The notes beneath the pieces were generated by a model. The model made no database searches. It worked only from the letters and a program-made list of their open reading frames with translations, and was not told the origin of the DNA. From Paramoeba atlantica (Eukaryota > Protista > Discosea): DNA of 64,000 bases. The stretch covers positions 1-64,000 of the forward strand of contig CDRNVI010000192.1 in assembly GCA_977017575.1 (NCBI GenBank), read 5' to 3'. Below, piece after piece: positions 38,679-53,200 of this stretch (positions are counted from its first letter, which is position 1; the number at the start of each line of letters is the position of its first letter). Made by a program: the position numbers and the translations under genes.

Positions 38679-39944
38679 ATATAAACTACCTAAATCAAAA
38701 CTATACGATAGGGCATCGCGCCTGGCCGGCGCCACCACCCTCTCGCTACTAACTTTCCACCCCTTTCGCGTTATCAGGGTCTGCCTCGGCATAACAAAGT
38801 CGGCTGATTTTGTCCGCAGGGTTACTTTTCGTGCTCACGTACCGCGCATCTACGGCAATTCCTTGCTTTTTAATTACATTCAAAACCTTTTCAAGTTCGT
38901 CAGAAACGCCGGAAGATTTCGATATTTTCCTATTAAATTATCGAAGTAAAGCAAAAATTATCGAAGTAAAGTGAAGAAAATATTGTCCTAAGAATCTTCT
39001 TCTAAGAAATATTATATGAAATAACGAAACAAAATTACATTACACGTAAACTTTATGCGTAAAAGTGCAGTATATGCTAAAGATGTATTCAAGATTGCAC
39101 TGGTTGGTGCGTGCATGAAACACGTTAACCACTGCACACTTCCTAAAATTCTTTTCGTAAACTCTTAGAATTTCATTTTGTGTGAATATCGTACTTTGTA
39201 GAGATCCTATATAAAGTATACGCCCATTCAGGGTAAGGTTTACAATAACTATCAAAACATATAGTTGCAGAATAGAATGATATCAACATTCGTTTTGTCG
39301 ACCTATAATATAAACTACCTAAATCAAAACTATACGATAGGGCATCGCGCCTGGCCGGCGCCACCACCCTCTCGCTACTAACTTTCCACCCCTTTCGCGT
39401 TATCAGGGTCTGCCTCGGCATAACGAAGTCGGCTGATTTTGTCCGCAGGGTTACTTTTCGTGCTCACGTACCGCGCATCTACGGCAATTCCTTGCTTTTT
39501 AATTACATTCAAAACCTTTTCAAGTTCGTCAGAAACGCCGGAAGATTTCGATATTTTCCTATTAAATTATCGAAGTAAAGCAAAAATTATCGAAGTAAAG
39601 TGAAGAAAATATTGTCCTAAGAATCTTCTTCTAAGAAATATTATATGAAATAACGAAACAAAAGTACATTACACGTAAACTTTATGCGTAAAAGTGCAGT
39701 ATATGCTAAAGATGTATTCAAGATTGCACTGGTTGGTGCGTGCATGAAACACGTTAACCACTGCACACTTCCTAAAATTCTTTTCGTAAACTCTTAGAAT
39801 TTCATTTTGTGTGAATATCGTACTTTGTAGAGATCCTATATAAAGTATACGCCCATTCAGGGTAAGGTTTACAATAACTATCAAAACATATAGTTGCAGA
39901 ATAGAATGATATCAACATTCGTTTTGTCGACCTATAATATAAAC

Positions 39945-41170
39945 TTTTTTTTTTTTTTTTTTTGTATACTTTTTTGAGTGCAACACTCCAGCACTGCCGC
40001 ATCTGCCAACGCGTGAAGTACGAACCTCGTTTTTTTTGTTTGCTCCAATCGTCCAATTAAATTGTCATGCAGTTTTTACATGAAAATAAGCATGCAGGTC
40101 ACTCACCCTAGTTGTTTAGTACCTTGTTATGTTTGGTACCGGGCAGTGCCGTAGTTCGATCAAAAAATGTTTTTTTTTTTCTTTTTTAATATCCTAAAAG
40201 AATATGACATTTTTTTTTTTTGATAACGTAATATATTATCCCATACCCCGCGCATCAGGGAGCTGAGCGTCAAAGAAAAAAAAAACCTGTGTGGCAGTCA
40301 CCCTAGTTGTGTAGTACCTTGTTATATTCGGTACCGGATGGTGCCACAATCAAATCGAAACCGGACAGCAATAAAAGAATCTACAATGTGAAATGTAGAA
40401 TAAGAAAACATGAAAATAAGCATGCAGGTCACTCACCCTAGTTGTTTAGTACCTTGTTATGTTTGGTACCAGGTGGTGATAGAATCCATTTCATAAGACA
40501 GCAGGAAAAAACAGCAGGAAAAACGAACAAGATCTGGCGTGCAATTCAAGGCGTGCATAATATCTGGCGTGCAATATCTGGCGTGCAATATCTGGCGTGC
40601 AGTATCTGGCGTGCATAATATCAACAACAGAATGTACTATTTTTGAAGCTTTGACTTGAAGCAAAAGCTAATCATAGTCGTAGACCTCCAACCCATTTTT
40701 CAGCCTGAATATATTGCCGCAATTGAGAAACTACTGCGTATGCAGAATATTTCTCTAACTCAAGCTGAAAGGCTTCTCGTGTTGGCGTATAATCTAGACC
40801 TGCCCTCTTTGCCAATGTTTTTAGTAGCTGTTTAGTCTCCTCGTGCAAGACCCCACAATCAGTAATCGCAATGCAACGGAAACTTTCGGGATCTAAGCCT
40901 TTCTCCTTCACGTATTTATTATTCTTTCTGTCTTGGGCACTCTGGAGCAAGTCATTGCTACTTTGCTTTCGGTAGCTACTGCAACACGTATGAACTACGG
41001 TTAAATCGTATAAAATTTCACCAACGTCGGGCCACAAGATCGCAAGGTCTGGTCCGGATCTGATTCTACGAGCTCGGCATGGGTGTTGTTCTGCTGCTTC
41101 TGGGGAAATTGAACATTTGCACTTAGTGCAGAAGAATGACGTGTGAATTCGTGGCTCGATTGCACAAGGG
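39945..41170 (-). mobile_element. Truncated RLE retrotransposon, copy 19
   Basis: Same junctions, tail and TSD. Confidence 0.92.
40672..41169 (-). pseudogene. RLE fragment, copy 19
   Basis: Same translation as copy 1. Confidence 0.85.
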
Positions 41171-43065
41171 ATATAAACTACCTAAATCAAAACTATACGA
41201 TAGGGCATCGCGCCTGGCCGGCGCCACCACCCTCTCGCTACTAACTTTCCACCCCTTTCGCGTTATCAGGGTCTGCCTCGGCATAACAAAGTCGGCTGAT
41301 TTTGTCCGCAGGGTTACTTTTCGTGCTCACGTACCGCGCATCTACGGCAATTCCTTGCTTTTTAATTACATTCAAAACCTTTTCAAGTTCGTCAGAAACG
41401 CCGGAAGATTTCGATATTTTCCTATTAAATTATCGAAGTAAAGCAAAAATTATCGAAGTAAAGTGAAGAAAATATTGTCCTAAGAATCTTCTTCTAAGAA
41501 ATATTATATGAAATAACGAAACAAAATTACATTACACGTAAACTTTATGCGTAAAAGTGCAGTATATGCTAAAGATGTATTCAAGATTGCACTGGTTGGT
41601 GCGTGCATGAAACACGTTAACCACTGCACACTTCCTAAAATTCTTTTCGTAAACTCTTAGAATTTCATTTTGTGTGAATATCGTACTTTGTAGAGATCCT
41701 ATATAAAGTATACGCCCATTCAGGGTAAGGTTTACAATAACTATCAAAACATATAGTTGCAGAATAGAATGATATCAACATTCGTTTTGTCGACCTATAA
41801 TATAAACTACCTAAATCAAAACTATACGATAGGGCATCGCGCCTGGCCGGCGCCACCACCCTCTCGCTACTAACTTTCCACCCCTTTCGCGTTATCAGGG
41901 TCTGCCTCGGCATAACAAAGTCGGCTGATTTTGTCCGCAGGGTTACTTTTCGTGCTCACGTACAGCGCATCTACGGCAATTCCTTGCTTTTTAATTACAT
42001 TCAAAACCTTTTCAAGTTCGTCAGAAACGCCGGAAGATTTCGATATTTTCCTATTAAATTATCGAAGTAAAGCAAAAATTATCGAAGTAAAGTGAAGAAA
42101 ATATTGTCCTAAGAATCTTCTTCTAAGAAATATTATATGAAATAACGAAACAAAAGTACATTACACGTAAACTTTATGCGTAAAAGTGCAGTATATGCTA
42201 AAGATGTATTCAAGATTGCACTGGTTGGTGCGTGCATGAAACACGTTAACCACTGCACACTTCCTAAAATTCTTTTCGTAAACTCTTAGAATTTCATTTT
42301 GTGTGAATATCGTACTTTGTAGAGATCCTATATAAAGTATACGCCCATTCAGGGTAAGGTTTACAATAACTATCAAAACATATAGTTGCAGAATAGAATG
42401 ATATCAACATTCGTTTTGTCGACCTATAATATAAACTACCTAAATCAAAACTATACGATAGGGCATCGCGCCTGGCCGGCGCCACCACCCTCTCGCTACT
42501 AACTTTCCACCCCTTTCGCGTTATCAGGGTCTGCCTCGGCATAACGAAGTCGGCTGATTTTGTCCGCAGGGTTACTTTTCGTGCTCACGTACAGCGCATC
42601 TACGGCAATTCCTTGCTTTTTAATTACATTCAAAACCTTTTCAAGTTCGTCAGAAACGCCGGAAGATTTCGATATTTTCCTATTAAATTATCGAAGTAAA
42701 GCAAAAATTATCGAAGTAAAGTGAAGAAAATATTGTCCTAAGAATCTTCTTCTAAGAAATATTATATGAAATAACGAAACAAAAGTACATTACACGTAAA
42801 CTTTATGCGTAAAAGTGCAGTATATGCTAAAGATGTATTCAAGATTGCACTGGTTGGTGCGTGCATGAAACACGTTAACCACTGCACACTTCCTAAAATT
42901 CTTTTCGTAAACTCTTAGAATTTCATTTTGTGTGAATATCGTACTTTGTAGAGATCCTATATAAAGTATACGCCCATTCAGGGTAAGGTTTACAATAACT
43001 ATCAAAACATATAGTTGCAGAATAGAATGATATCAACATTCGTTTTGTCGACCTATAATATAAAC

Positions 43066-44292
43066 TTTTTTTTTTTTTTTTTTTTGTATACTTTTTTGAG
43101 TGCAACACTCCAGCACTGCCGCATCTGCCAACGCGTGAAGTACGAACCTCGTTTTTTTTGTTTGCTCCAATCGTCCAATTAAATTGTCATGCAGTTTTTA
43201 CATGAAAATAAGCATGCAGGTCACTCACCCTAGTTGTTTAGTACCTTGTTATGTTTGGTACCGGGTAGTGCCGTAGTTCGATCAAAAAATGTTTTTTTTT
43301 TTCTTTTTTAATATCCTAAAAGAATATGACATTTTTTTTTTTTGATAACGTAATATATTATCCCATACCCCGCGCATCAGGGAGCTGAGCGTCAAAGAAA
43401 AAAAAAACCTGTGTGGCAGTCACCCTAGTTGTGTAGTACCTTGTTATATTCGGTACCGGATGGTGCCACAATCAAATCGAAACCGGACAGCAATAAAAGA
43501 ATCTACAATGTGAAATGTAGAATAAGAAAACATGAAAATAAGCATGCAGGTCACTCACCCTAGTTGTTTAGTACCTTGTTATGTTTGGTACCAGGTGGTG
43601 ATAGAATCCATTTCATAAGACAGCAGGAAAAAACAGCAGGAAAAACGAACAAGATCTGGCGTGCAATTCAAGGCGTGCATAATATCTGGCGTGCAATATC
43701 TGGCGTGCAATATCTGGCGTGCAGTATCTGGCGTGCATAATATCAACAACAGAATGTACTATTTTTGAAGCTTTGACTTGAAGCAAAAGCTAATCATAGT
43801 CGTAGACCTCCAACCCATTTTTCAGCCTGAATATATTGCCGCAATTGAGAAACTACTGCGTATGCAGAATATTTCTCTAACTCAAGCTGAAAGGCTTCTC
43901 GTGTTGGCGTATAATCTAGACCTGCCCTCTTTGCCAATGTTTTTAGTAGCTGTTTAGTCTCCTCGTGCAAGACCCCACAATCAGTAATCGCAATGCAACG
44001 GAAACTTTCGGGATCTAAGCCTTTCTCCTTCACGTATTTATTATTCTTTCTGTCTTGGGCACTCTGGAGCAAGTCATTGCTACTTTGCTTTCGGTAGCTA
44101 CTGCAACACGTATGAACTACGGTTAAATCGTATAAAATTTCACCAACGTCGGGCCACAAGATCGCAAGGTCTGGTCCGGATCTGATTCTACGAGCTCGGC
44201 ATGGGTGTTGTTCTGCTGCTTCTGGGGAAATTGAACATTTGCACTTAGTGCAGAAGAATGACGTGTGAATTCGTGGCTCGATTGCACAAGGG
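43066..44292 (-). mobile_element. Truncated RLE retrotransposon, copy 20 (last in window)
   Basis: Same junctions, tail and TSD. Confidence 0.92.
43794..44291 (-). pseudogene. RLE fragment, copy 20
   Basis: Same translation as copy 1. Confidence 0.85.
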
Positions 44293-47200
44293 ATATAAAC
44301 TACCTAAATCAAAACTATACGATAGGGCATCGCGCCTGGCCGGCGCCACCACCCTCTCGCTACTAACTTTCCACCCCTTTCGCGTTATCAGGGTCTGCCT
44401 CGGCATAACAAAGTCGGCTGATTTTGTCCGCAGGGTTACTTTTCGTGCTCACGTACCGCGCATCTACGGCAATTCCTTGCTTTTTAATTACATTCAAAAC
44501 CTTTTCAAGTTCGTCAGAAACGCCGGAAGATTTCGATATTTTCCTATTAAATTATCGAAGTAAAGCAAAAATTATCGAAGTAAAGTGAAGAAAATATTGT
44601 CCTAAGAATCTTCTTCTAAGAAATATTATATGAAATAACGAAACAAAAGTACATTACACGTAAACTTTATGCGTAAAAGTGCAGTATATGCTAAAGATGT
44701 ATTCAAGATTGCACTGGTTGGTGCGTGCATGAAACACGTTAACCACTGCACACTTCCTAAAATTCTTTTCGTAAACTCTTAGAATTTCATTTTGTGTGAA
44801 TATCGTACTTTGTAGAGATCCTATATAAAGTATACGCCCATTCAGGGTAAGGTTTACAATAACTATCAAAACATATAGTTGCAGAATAGAATGATATCAA
44901 CATTCGTTTTGTCGACCTATAATATAAACTACCTAAATCAAAACTATACGATAGGTCATCGCGCCTGGCCGGCGCCACCACCCTCTCGCTACTAACTTTC
45001 CACCCCTTTCGCGTTATCAGGGTCTGCCTCGGCATAACGAAGTCGGCTGATTTTGTCCGCAGGGTTACTTTTCGTGCTCACGTACAGCGCATCTACGGCA
45101 ATTCCTTGCTTTTTAATTACATTCAAAACCTTTTCAAGTTCGTCAGAAACGCCGGAAGATTTCGATATTTTCCTATTAAATTATCGAAGTAAAGCAAAAA
45201 TTATCGAAGTAAAGTGAAGAAAATATTGTCCTAAGAATCTTCTTCTAAGAAATATTATATGAAATAACGAAACAAAAGTACATTACACGTAAACTTTATG
45301 CGTAAAAGTGCAGTATATGCTAAAGATGTATTCAAGATTGCACTGGTTGGTGCGTGCATGAAACACGTTAACCACTGCACACTTCCTAAAATTCTTTTCG
45401 TAAACTCTTAGAATTTCATTTTGTGTGAATATCGTACTTTGTAGAGATCCTATATAAAGTATACGCCCATTCAGGGTAAGGTTTACAATAACTATCAAAA
45501 CATATAGTTGCAGAATAGAATGATATCAACATTCGTTTTGTCGACCTATAATATAAACTACCTAAATCAAAACTATACGATAGGGCATCGCGCCTGGCCG
45601 GCGCCACCACCCTCTCGCTACTAACTTTCCACCCCTTTCGCGTTATCAGGGTCTGCCTCGGCATAACGAAGTCGGCTGATTTTGTCCGCAGGGTTACTTT
45701 TCGTGCTCACGTACAGCGCATCTACGGCAATTCCTTGCTTTTTAATTACATTCAAAACCTTTTCAAGTTCGTCAGAAACGCCGGAAGATTTCGATATTTT
45801 CCTATTAAATTATCGAAGTAAAGCAAAAATTATCGAAGTAAAGTGAAGAAAATATTGTCCTAAGAATCTTCTTCTAAGAAATATTATATGAAATAACGAA
45901 ACAAAAGTACATTACACGTAAACTTTATGCGTAAAAGTGCAGTATATGCTAAAGATGTATTCAAGATTGCACTGGTTGGTGCGTGCATGAAACACGTTAA
46001 CCACTGCACACTTCCTAAAATTCTTTTCGTAAACTCTTAGAATTTCATTTTGTGTGAATATCGTACTTTGTAGAGATCCTATATAAGTATACGCCCATTC
46101 AGGGTAAGGTTTACAATAACTATCAAAACATATAGTTGCAGAATAGAATGATATCAACATTCGTTTTGTCGACCTATAATATAAACTACCTAAATCAAAA
46201 CTATAGGATAGGGCATCGCGCCTGGCCGGCGCCACCACCCTCTCGCTACTAACTTTCCACCCCTTTCGCGTTATCAGGGTCTGCCTCGGCATAACGAAGT
46301 CGGCTGATTTTGTCCGCAGGGTTACTTTTCGTGCTCACGTACCGCGCATCTACGGCAATTCCTTGCTTTTTAATTACATTCAAAACCTTTTCAAGTTCGT
46401 CAGAAACGCCGGAAGATTTCGATATTTTCCTATTAAATTATCGAAGTAAAGCAAAAATTATCGAAGTAAAGTGAAGAAAATATTGTCCTAAGAATCTTCT
46501 TCTAAGAAATATTATATGAAATAACGAAACAAAATTACATTACACGTAAACTTTATGCGTAAAAGTGCAGTATATGCTAAAGATGTATTCAAGATTGCAC
46601 TGGTTGGTGCGTGCATGAAACACGTTAACCACTGCACACTTCCTAAAATTCTTTTCGTAAACTCTTAGAATTTCATTTTGTGTGAATATCGTACTTTGTA
46701 GAGATCCTATATAAAGTATACGCCCATTCAGGGTAAGGTTTACAATAACTATCAAAACATATAGTTGCAGAATAGAATGATATCAACATTCGTTTTGTCG
46801 ACCTATAATATAAACTACCTAAATCAAAACTATACGATAGGGCATCGCGCCTGGCCGGCGCCACCACCCTCTCGCTACTAACTTTCCACCCCTTTCGCGT
46901 TATCAGGGTCTGCCTCGGCATAACGAAGTCGGCTGATTTTGTCCGCAGGGTTACTTTTCGTGCTCACGTACAGCGCATCTACGGCAATTCCTTGCTTTTT
47001 AATTACATTCAAAACCTTTTCAAGTTCGTCAGAAACGCCGGAAGATTTCGATATTTTCCTATTAAATTATCGAAGTAAAGCAAAAATTATCGAAGTAAAG
47101 TGAAGAAAATATTGTCCTAAGAATCTTCTTCTAAGAAATATTATATGAAATAACGAAACAAAAGTACATTACACGTAAACTTTATGCGTAAAAGTGCAGT

Positions 47201-50200
47201 ATATGCTAAAGATGTATTCAAGATTGCACTGGTTGGTGCGTGCATGAAACACGTTAACCACTGCACACTTCCTAAAATTCTTTTCGTAAACTCTTAGAAT
47301 TTCATTTTGTGTGAATATCGTACTTTGTAGAGATCCTATATAAGTATACGCCCATTCAGGGTAAGGTTTACAATAACTATCAAAACATATAGTTGCAGAA
47401 TAGAATGATATCAACATTCGTTTTGTCGACCTATAATATAAACTACCTAAATCAAAACTATACGATAGGGCATCGCGCCTGGCCGGCGCCACCACCCTCT
47501 CGCTACTAACTTTCCACCCCTTTCGCGTTATCAGGGTCTGCCTCGGCATAACGAAGTCGGCTGATTTTGTCCGCAGGGTTACTTTTCGTGCTCACGTACA
47601 GCGCATCTACGGCAATTCCTTGCTTTTTAATTACATTCAAAACCTTTTCAAGTTCGTCAGAAACGCCGGAAGATTTCGATATTTTCCTATTAAATTATCG
47701 AAGTAAAGCAAAAATTATCGAAGTAAAGTGAAGAAAATATTGTCCTAAGAATCTTCTTCTAAGAAATATTATATGAAATAACGAAACAAAAGTACATTAC
47801 ACGTAAACTTTATGCGTAAAAGTGCAGTATATGCTAAAGATGTATTCAAGATTGCACTGGTTGGTGCGTGCATGAAACACGTTAACCACTGCACACTTCC
47901 TAAAATTCTTTTCGTAAACTCTTAGAATTTCATTTTGTGTGAATATCGTACTTTGTAGAGATCCTATATAAGTATACGCCCATTCAGGGTAAGGTTTACA
48001 ATAACTATCAAAACATATAGTTGCAGAATAGAATGATATCAACATTCGTTTTGTCGACCTATAATATAAACTACCTAAATCAAAACTATACGATAGGGCA
48101 TCGCGCCTGGCCGGCGCCACCACCCTCTCGCTACTAACTTTCCACCCCTTTCGCGTTATCAGGGTCTGCCTCGGCATAACGAAGTCGGCTGATTTTGTCC
48201 GCAGGGTTACTTTTCGTGCTCACGTACCGCGCATCTACGGCAATTCCTTGCTTTTTAATTACATTCAAAACCTTTTCAAGTTCGTCAGAAACGCCGGAAG
48301 ATTTCGATATTTTCCTATTAAATTATCGAAGTAAAGCAAAAATTATCGAAGTAAAGTGAAGAAAATATTGTCCTAAGAATCTTCTTCTAAGAAATATTAT
48401 ATGAAATAACGAAACAAAATTACATTACACGTAAACTTTATGCGTAAAAGTGCAGTATATGCTAAAGATGTATTCAAGATTGCACTGGTTGGTGCGTGCA
48501 TGAAACACGTTAACCACTGCACACTTCCTAAAATTCTTTTCGTAAACTCTTAGAATTTCATTTTGTGTGAATATCGTACTTTGTAGAGATCCTATATAAA
48601 GTATACGCCCATTCAGGGTAAGGTTTACAATAACTATCAAAACATATAGTTGCAGAATAGAATGATATCAACATTCGTTTTGTCGACCTATAATATAAAC
48701 TACCTAAATCAAAACTATAGGATAGGGCATCGCGCCTGGCCGGCGCCACCACCCTCTCGCTACTAACTTTCCACCCCTTTCGCGTTATCAGGGTCTGCCT
48801 CGGCATAACGAAGTCGGCTGATTTTGTCCGCAGGGTTACTTTTCGTGCTCACGTACCGCGCATCTACGGCAATTCCTTGCTTTTTAATTACATTCAAAAC
48901 CTTTTCAAGTTCGTCAGAAACGCCGGAAGATTTCGATATTTTCCTATTAAATTATCGAAGTAAAGCAAAAATTATCGAAGTAAAGTGAAGAAAATATTGT
49001 CCTAAGAATCTTCTTCTAAGAAATATTATATGAAATAACGAAACAAAAGTACATTACACGTAAACTTTATGCGTAAAAGTGCAGTATATGCTAAAGATGT
49101 ATTCAAGATTGCACTGGTTGGTGCGTGCATGAAACACGTTAACCACTGCACACTTCCTAAAATTCTTTTCGTAAACTCTTAGAATTTCATTTTGTGTGAA
49201 TATCGTACCTTGTAGAGATCCTATATAAAGTATACGCCCATTCAGGGTAAGGTTTACAATAACTATCAAAACATATAGTTGCAGAATAGAATGATATCAA
49301 CATTCGTTTTGTCGACCTATAATATAAACTACCTAAATCAAAACTATACGATAGGGCATCGCGCCTGGCCGGCGCCACCACCCTCTCGCTACTAACTTTC
49401 CACCCCTTTCGCGTTATCAGGGTCTGCCTCGGCATAACGAAGTCGGCTGATTTTGTCCGCAGGGTTACTTTTCGTGCTCACGTACCGCGCATCTACGGCA
49501 ATTCCTTGCTTTTTAATTACATTCAAAACCTTTTCAAGTTCGTCAGAAACGCCGGAAGATTTCGATATTTTCCTATTAAATTATCGAAGTAAAGCAAAAA
49601 TTATCGAAGTAAAGTGAAGAAAATATTGTCCTAAGAATCTTCTTCTAAGAAATATTATATGAAATAACGAAACAAAAGTACATTACACGTAAACTTTATG
49701 CGTAAAAGTGCAGTATATGCTAAAGATGTATTCAAGATTGCACTGGTTGGTGCGTGCATGAAACACGTTAACCACTGCACACTTCCTAAAATTCTTTTCG
49801 TAAACTCTTAGAATTTCATTTTGTGTGAATATCGTACTTTGTAGAGATCCTATATAAAGTATACGCCCATTCAGGGTAAGGTTTACAATAACTATCAAAA
49901 CATATAGTTGCAGAATAGAATGATATCAACATTCGTTTTGTCGACCTATAATATAAACTACCTAAATCAAAACTATACGATAGGGCATCGCGCCTGGCCG
50001 GCGCCACCACCCTCTCGCTACTAACTTTCCACCCCTTTCGCGTTATCAGGGTCTGCCTCGGCATAACGAAGTCGGCTGATTTTGTCCGCAGGGTTACTTT
50101 TCGTGCTCACGTACCGCGCATCTACGGCAATTCCTTGCTTTTTAATTACATTCAAAACCTTTTCAAGTTCGTCAGAAACGCCGGAAGATTTCGATATTTT

Positions 50201-53200
50201 CCTATTAAATTATCGAAGTAAAGCAAAAATTATCGAAGTAAAGTGAAGAAAATATTGTCCTAAGAATCTTCTTCTAAGAAATATTATATGAAATAACGAA
50301 ACAAAATTACATTACACGTAAACTTTATGCGTAAAAGTGCAGTATATGCTAAAGATGTATTCAAGATTGCACTGGTTGGTGCGTGCATGAAACACGTTAA
50401 CCACTGCACACTTCCTAAAATTCTTTTCGTAAACTCTTAGAATTTCATTTTGTGTGAATATCGTACTTTGTAGAGATCCTATATAAAGTATACGCCCATT
50501 CAGGGTAAGGTTTACAATAACTATCAAAACATATAGTTGCAGAATAGAATGATATCAACATTCGTTTTGTCGACCTATAATATAAACTACCTAAATCAAA
50601 ACTATACGATAGGGCATCGCGCCTGGCCGGCGCCACCACCCTCTCGCTACTAACTTTCCACCCCTTTCGCGTTATCAGGGTCTGCCTCGGCATAACGAAG
50701 TCGGCTGATTTTGTCCGCAGGGTTACTTTTCGTGCTCACGTACAGCGCATCTACGGCAATTCCTTGCTTTTTAATTACATTCAAAACCTTTTCAAGTTCG
50801 TCAGAAACGCCGGAAGATTTCGATATTTTCCTATTAAATTATCGAAGTAAAGCAAAAATTATCGAAGTAAAGTGAAGAAAATATTGTCCTAAGAATCTTC
50901 TTCTAAGAAATATTATATGAAATAACGAAACAAAAGTACATTACACGTAAACTTTATGCGTAAAAGTGCAGTATATGCTAAAGATGTATTCAAGATTGCA
51001 CTGGTTGGTGCGTGCATGAAACACGTTAACCACTGCACACTTCCTAAAATTCTTTTCGTAAACTCTTAGAATTTCATTTTGTGTGAATATCGTACTTTGT
51101 AGAGATCCTATATAAGTATACGCCCATTCAGGGTAAGGTTTACAATAACTATCAAAACATATAGTTGCAGAATAGAATGATATCAACATTCGTTTTGTCG
51201 ACCTATAATATAAACTACCTAAATCAAAACTATACGATAGGGCATCGCGCCTGGCCGGCGCCACCACCCTCTCGCTACTAACTTTCCACCCCTTTCGCGT
51301 TATCAGGGTCTGCCTCGGCATAACGAAGTCGGCTGATTTTGTCCGCAGGGTTACTTTTCGTGCTCACGTACAGCGCATCTACGGCAATTCCTTGCTTTTT
51401 AATTACATTCAAAACCTTTTCAAGTTCGTCAGAAACGCCGGAAGATTTCGATATTTTCCTATTAAATTATCGAAGTAAAGCAAAAATTATCGAAGTAAAG
51501 TGAAGAAAATATTGTCCTAAGAATCTTCTTCTAAGAAATATTATATGAAATAACGAAACAAAAGTACATTACACGTAAACTTTATGCGTAAAAGTGCAGT
51601 ATATGCTAAAGATGTATTCAAGATTGCACTGGTTGGTGCGTGCATGAAACACGTTAACCACTGCACACTTCCTAAAATTCTTTTCGTAAACTCTTAGAAT
51701 TTCATTTTGTGTGAATATCGTACTTTGTAGAGATCCTATATAAGTATACGCCCATTCAGGGTAAGGTTTACAATAACTATCAAAACATATAGTTGCAGAA
51801 TAGAATGATATCAACATTCGTTTTGTCGACCTATAATATAAACTACCTAAATCAAAACTATACGATAGGGCATCGCGCCTGGCCGGCGCCACCACCCTCT
51901 CGCTACTAACTTTCCACCCCTTTCGCGTTATCAGGGTCTGCCTCGGCATAACGAAGTCGGCTGATTTTGTCCGCAGGGTTACTTTTCGTGCTCACGTACC
52001 GCGCATCTACGGCAATTCCTTGCTTTTTAATTACATTCAAAACCTTTTCAAGTTCGTCAGAAACGCCGGAAGATTTCGATATTTTCCTATTAAATTATCG
52101 AAGTAAAGCAAAAATTATCGAAGTAAAGTGAAGAAAATATTGTCCTAAGAATCTTCTTCTAAGAAATATTATATGAAATAACGAAACAAAAGTACATTAC
52201 ACGTAAACTTTATGCGTAAAAGTGCAGTATATGCTAAAGATGTATTCAAGATTGCACTGGTTGGTGCGTGCATGAAACACGTTAACCACTGCACACTTCC
52301 TAAAATTCTTTTCGTAAACTCTTAGAATTTCATTTTGTGTGAATATCGTACTTTGTAGAGATCCTATATAAGTATACGCCCATTCAGGGTAAGGTTTACA
52401 ATAACTATCAAAACATATAGTTGCAGAATAGAATGATATCAACATTCGTTTTGTCGACCTATAATATAAACTACCTAAATCAAAACTATAGGATAGGGCA
52501 TCGCGCCTGGCCGGCGCCACCACCCTCTCGCTACTAACTTTCCACCCCTTTCGCGTTATCAGGGTCTGCCTCGGCATAACGAAGTCGGCTGATTTTGTCC
52601 GCAGGGTTACTTTTCGTGCTCACGTACCGCGCATCTACGGCAATTCCTTGCTTTTTAATTACATTCAAAACCTTTTCAAGTTCGTCAGAAACGCCGGAAG
52701 ATTTCGATATTTTCCTATTAAATTATCGAAGTAAAGCAAAAATTATCGAAGTAAAGTGAAGAAAATATTGTCCTAAGAATCTTCTTCTAAGAAATATTAT
52801 ATGAAATAACGAAACAAAAGTACATTACACGTAAACTTTATGCGTAAAAGTGCAGTATATGCTAAAGATGTATTCAAGATTGCACTGGTTGGTGCGTGCA
52901 TGAAACACGTTAACCACTGCACACTTCCTAAAATTCTTTTCGTAAACTCTTAGAATTTCATTTTGTGTGAATATCGTACCTTGTAGAGATCCTATATAAA
53001 GTATACGCCCATTCAGGGTAAGGTTTACAATAACTATCAAAACATATAGTTGCAGAATAGAATGATATCAACATTCGTTTTGTCGACCTATAATATAAAC
53101 TACCTAAATCAAAACTATACGATAGGGCATCGCGCCTGGCCGGCGCCACCACCCTCTCGCTACTAACTTTCCACCCCTTTCGCGTTATCAGGGTCTGCCT

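Larger units (their letters stand above)
27462..44292. repeat. Mixed zone: single occupied junctions separated by 1-2 empty junctions
   Basis: Empty sites at 27462, 28091, 30581, 31210, 33700, 36189, 36817, 39308, 41800, 42429. Confidence 0.96.
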
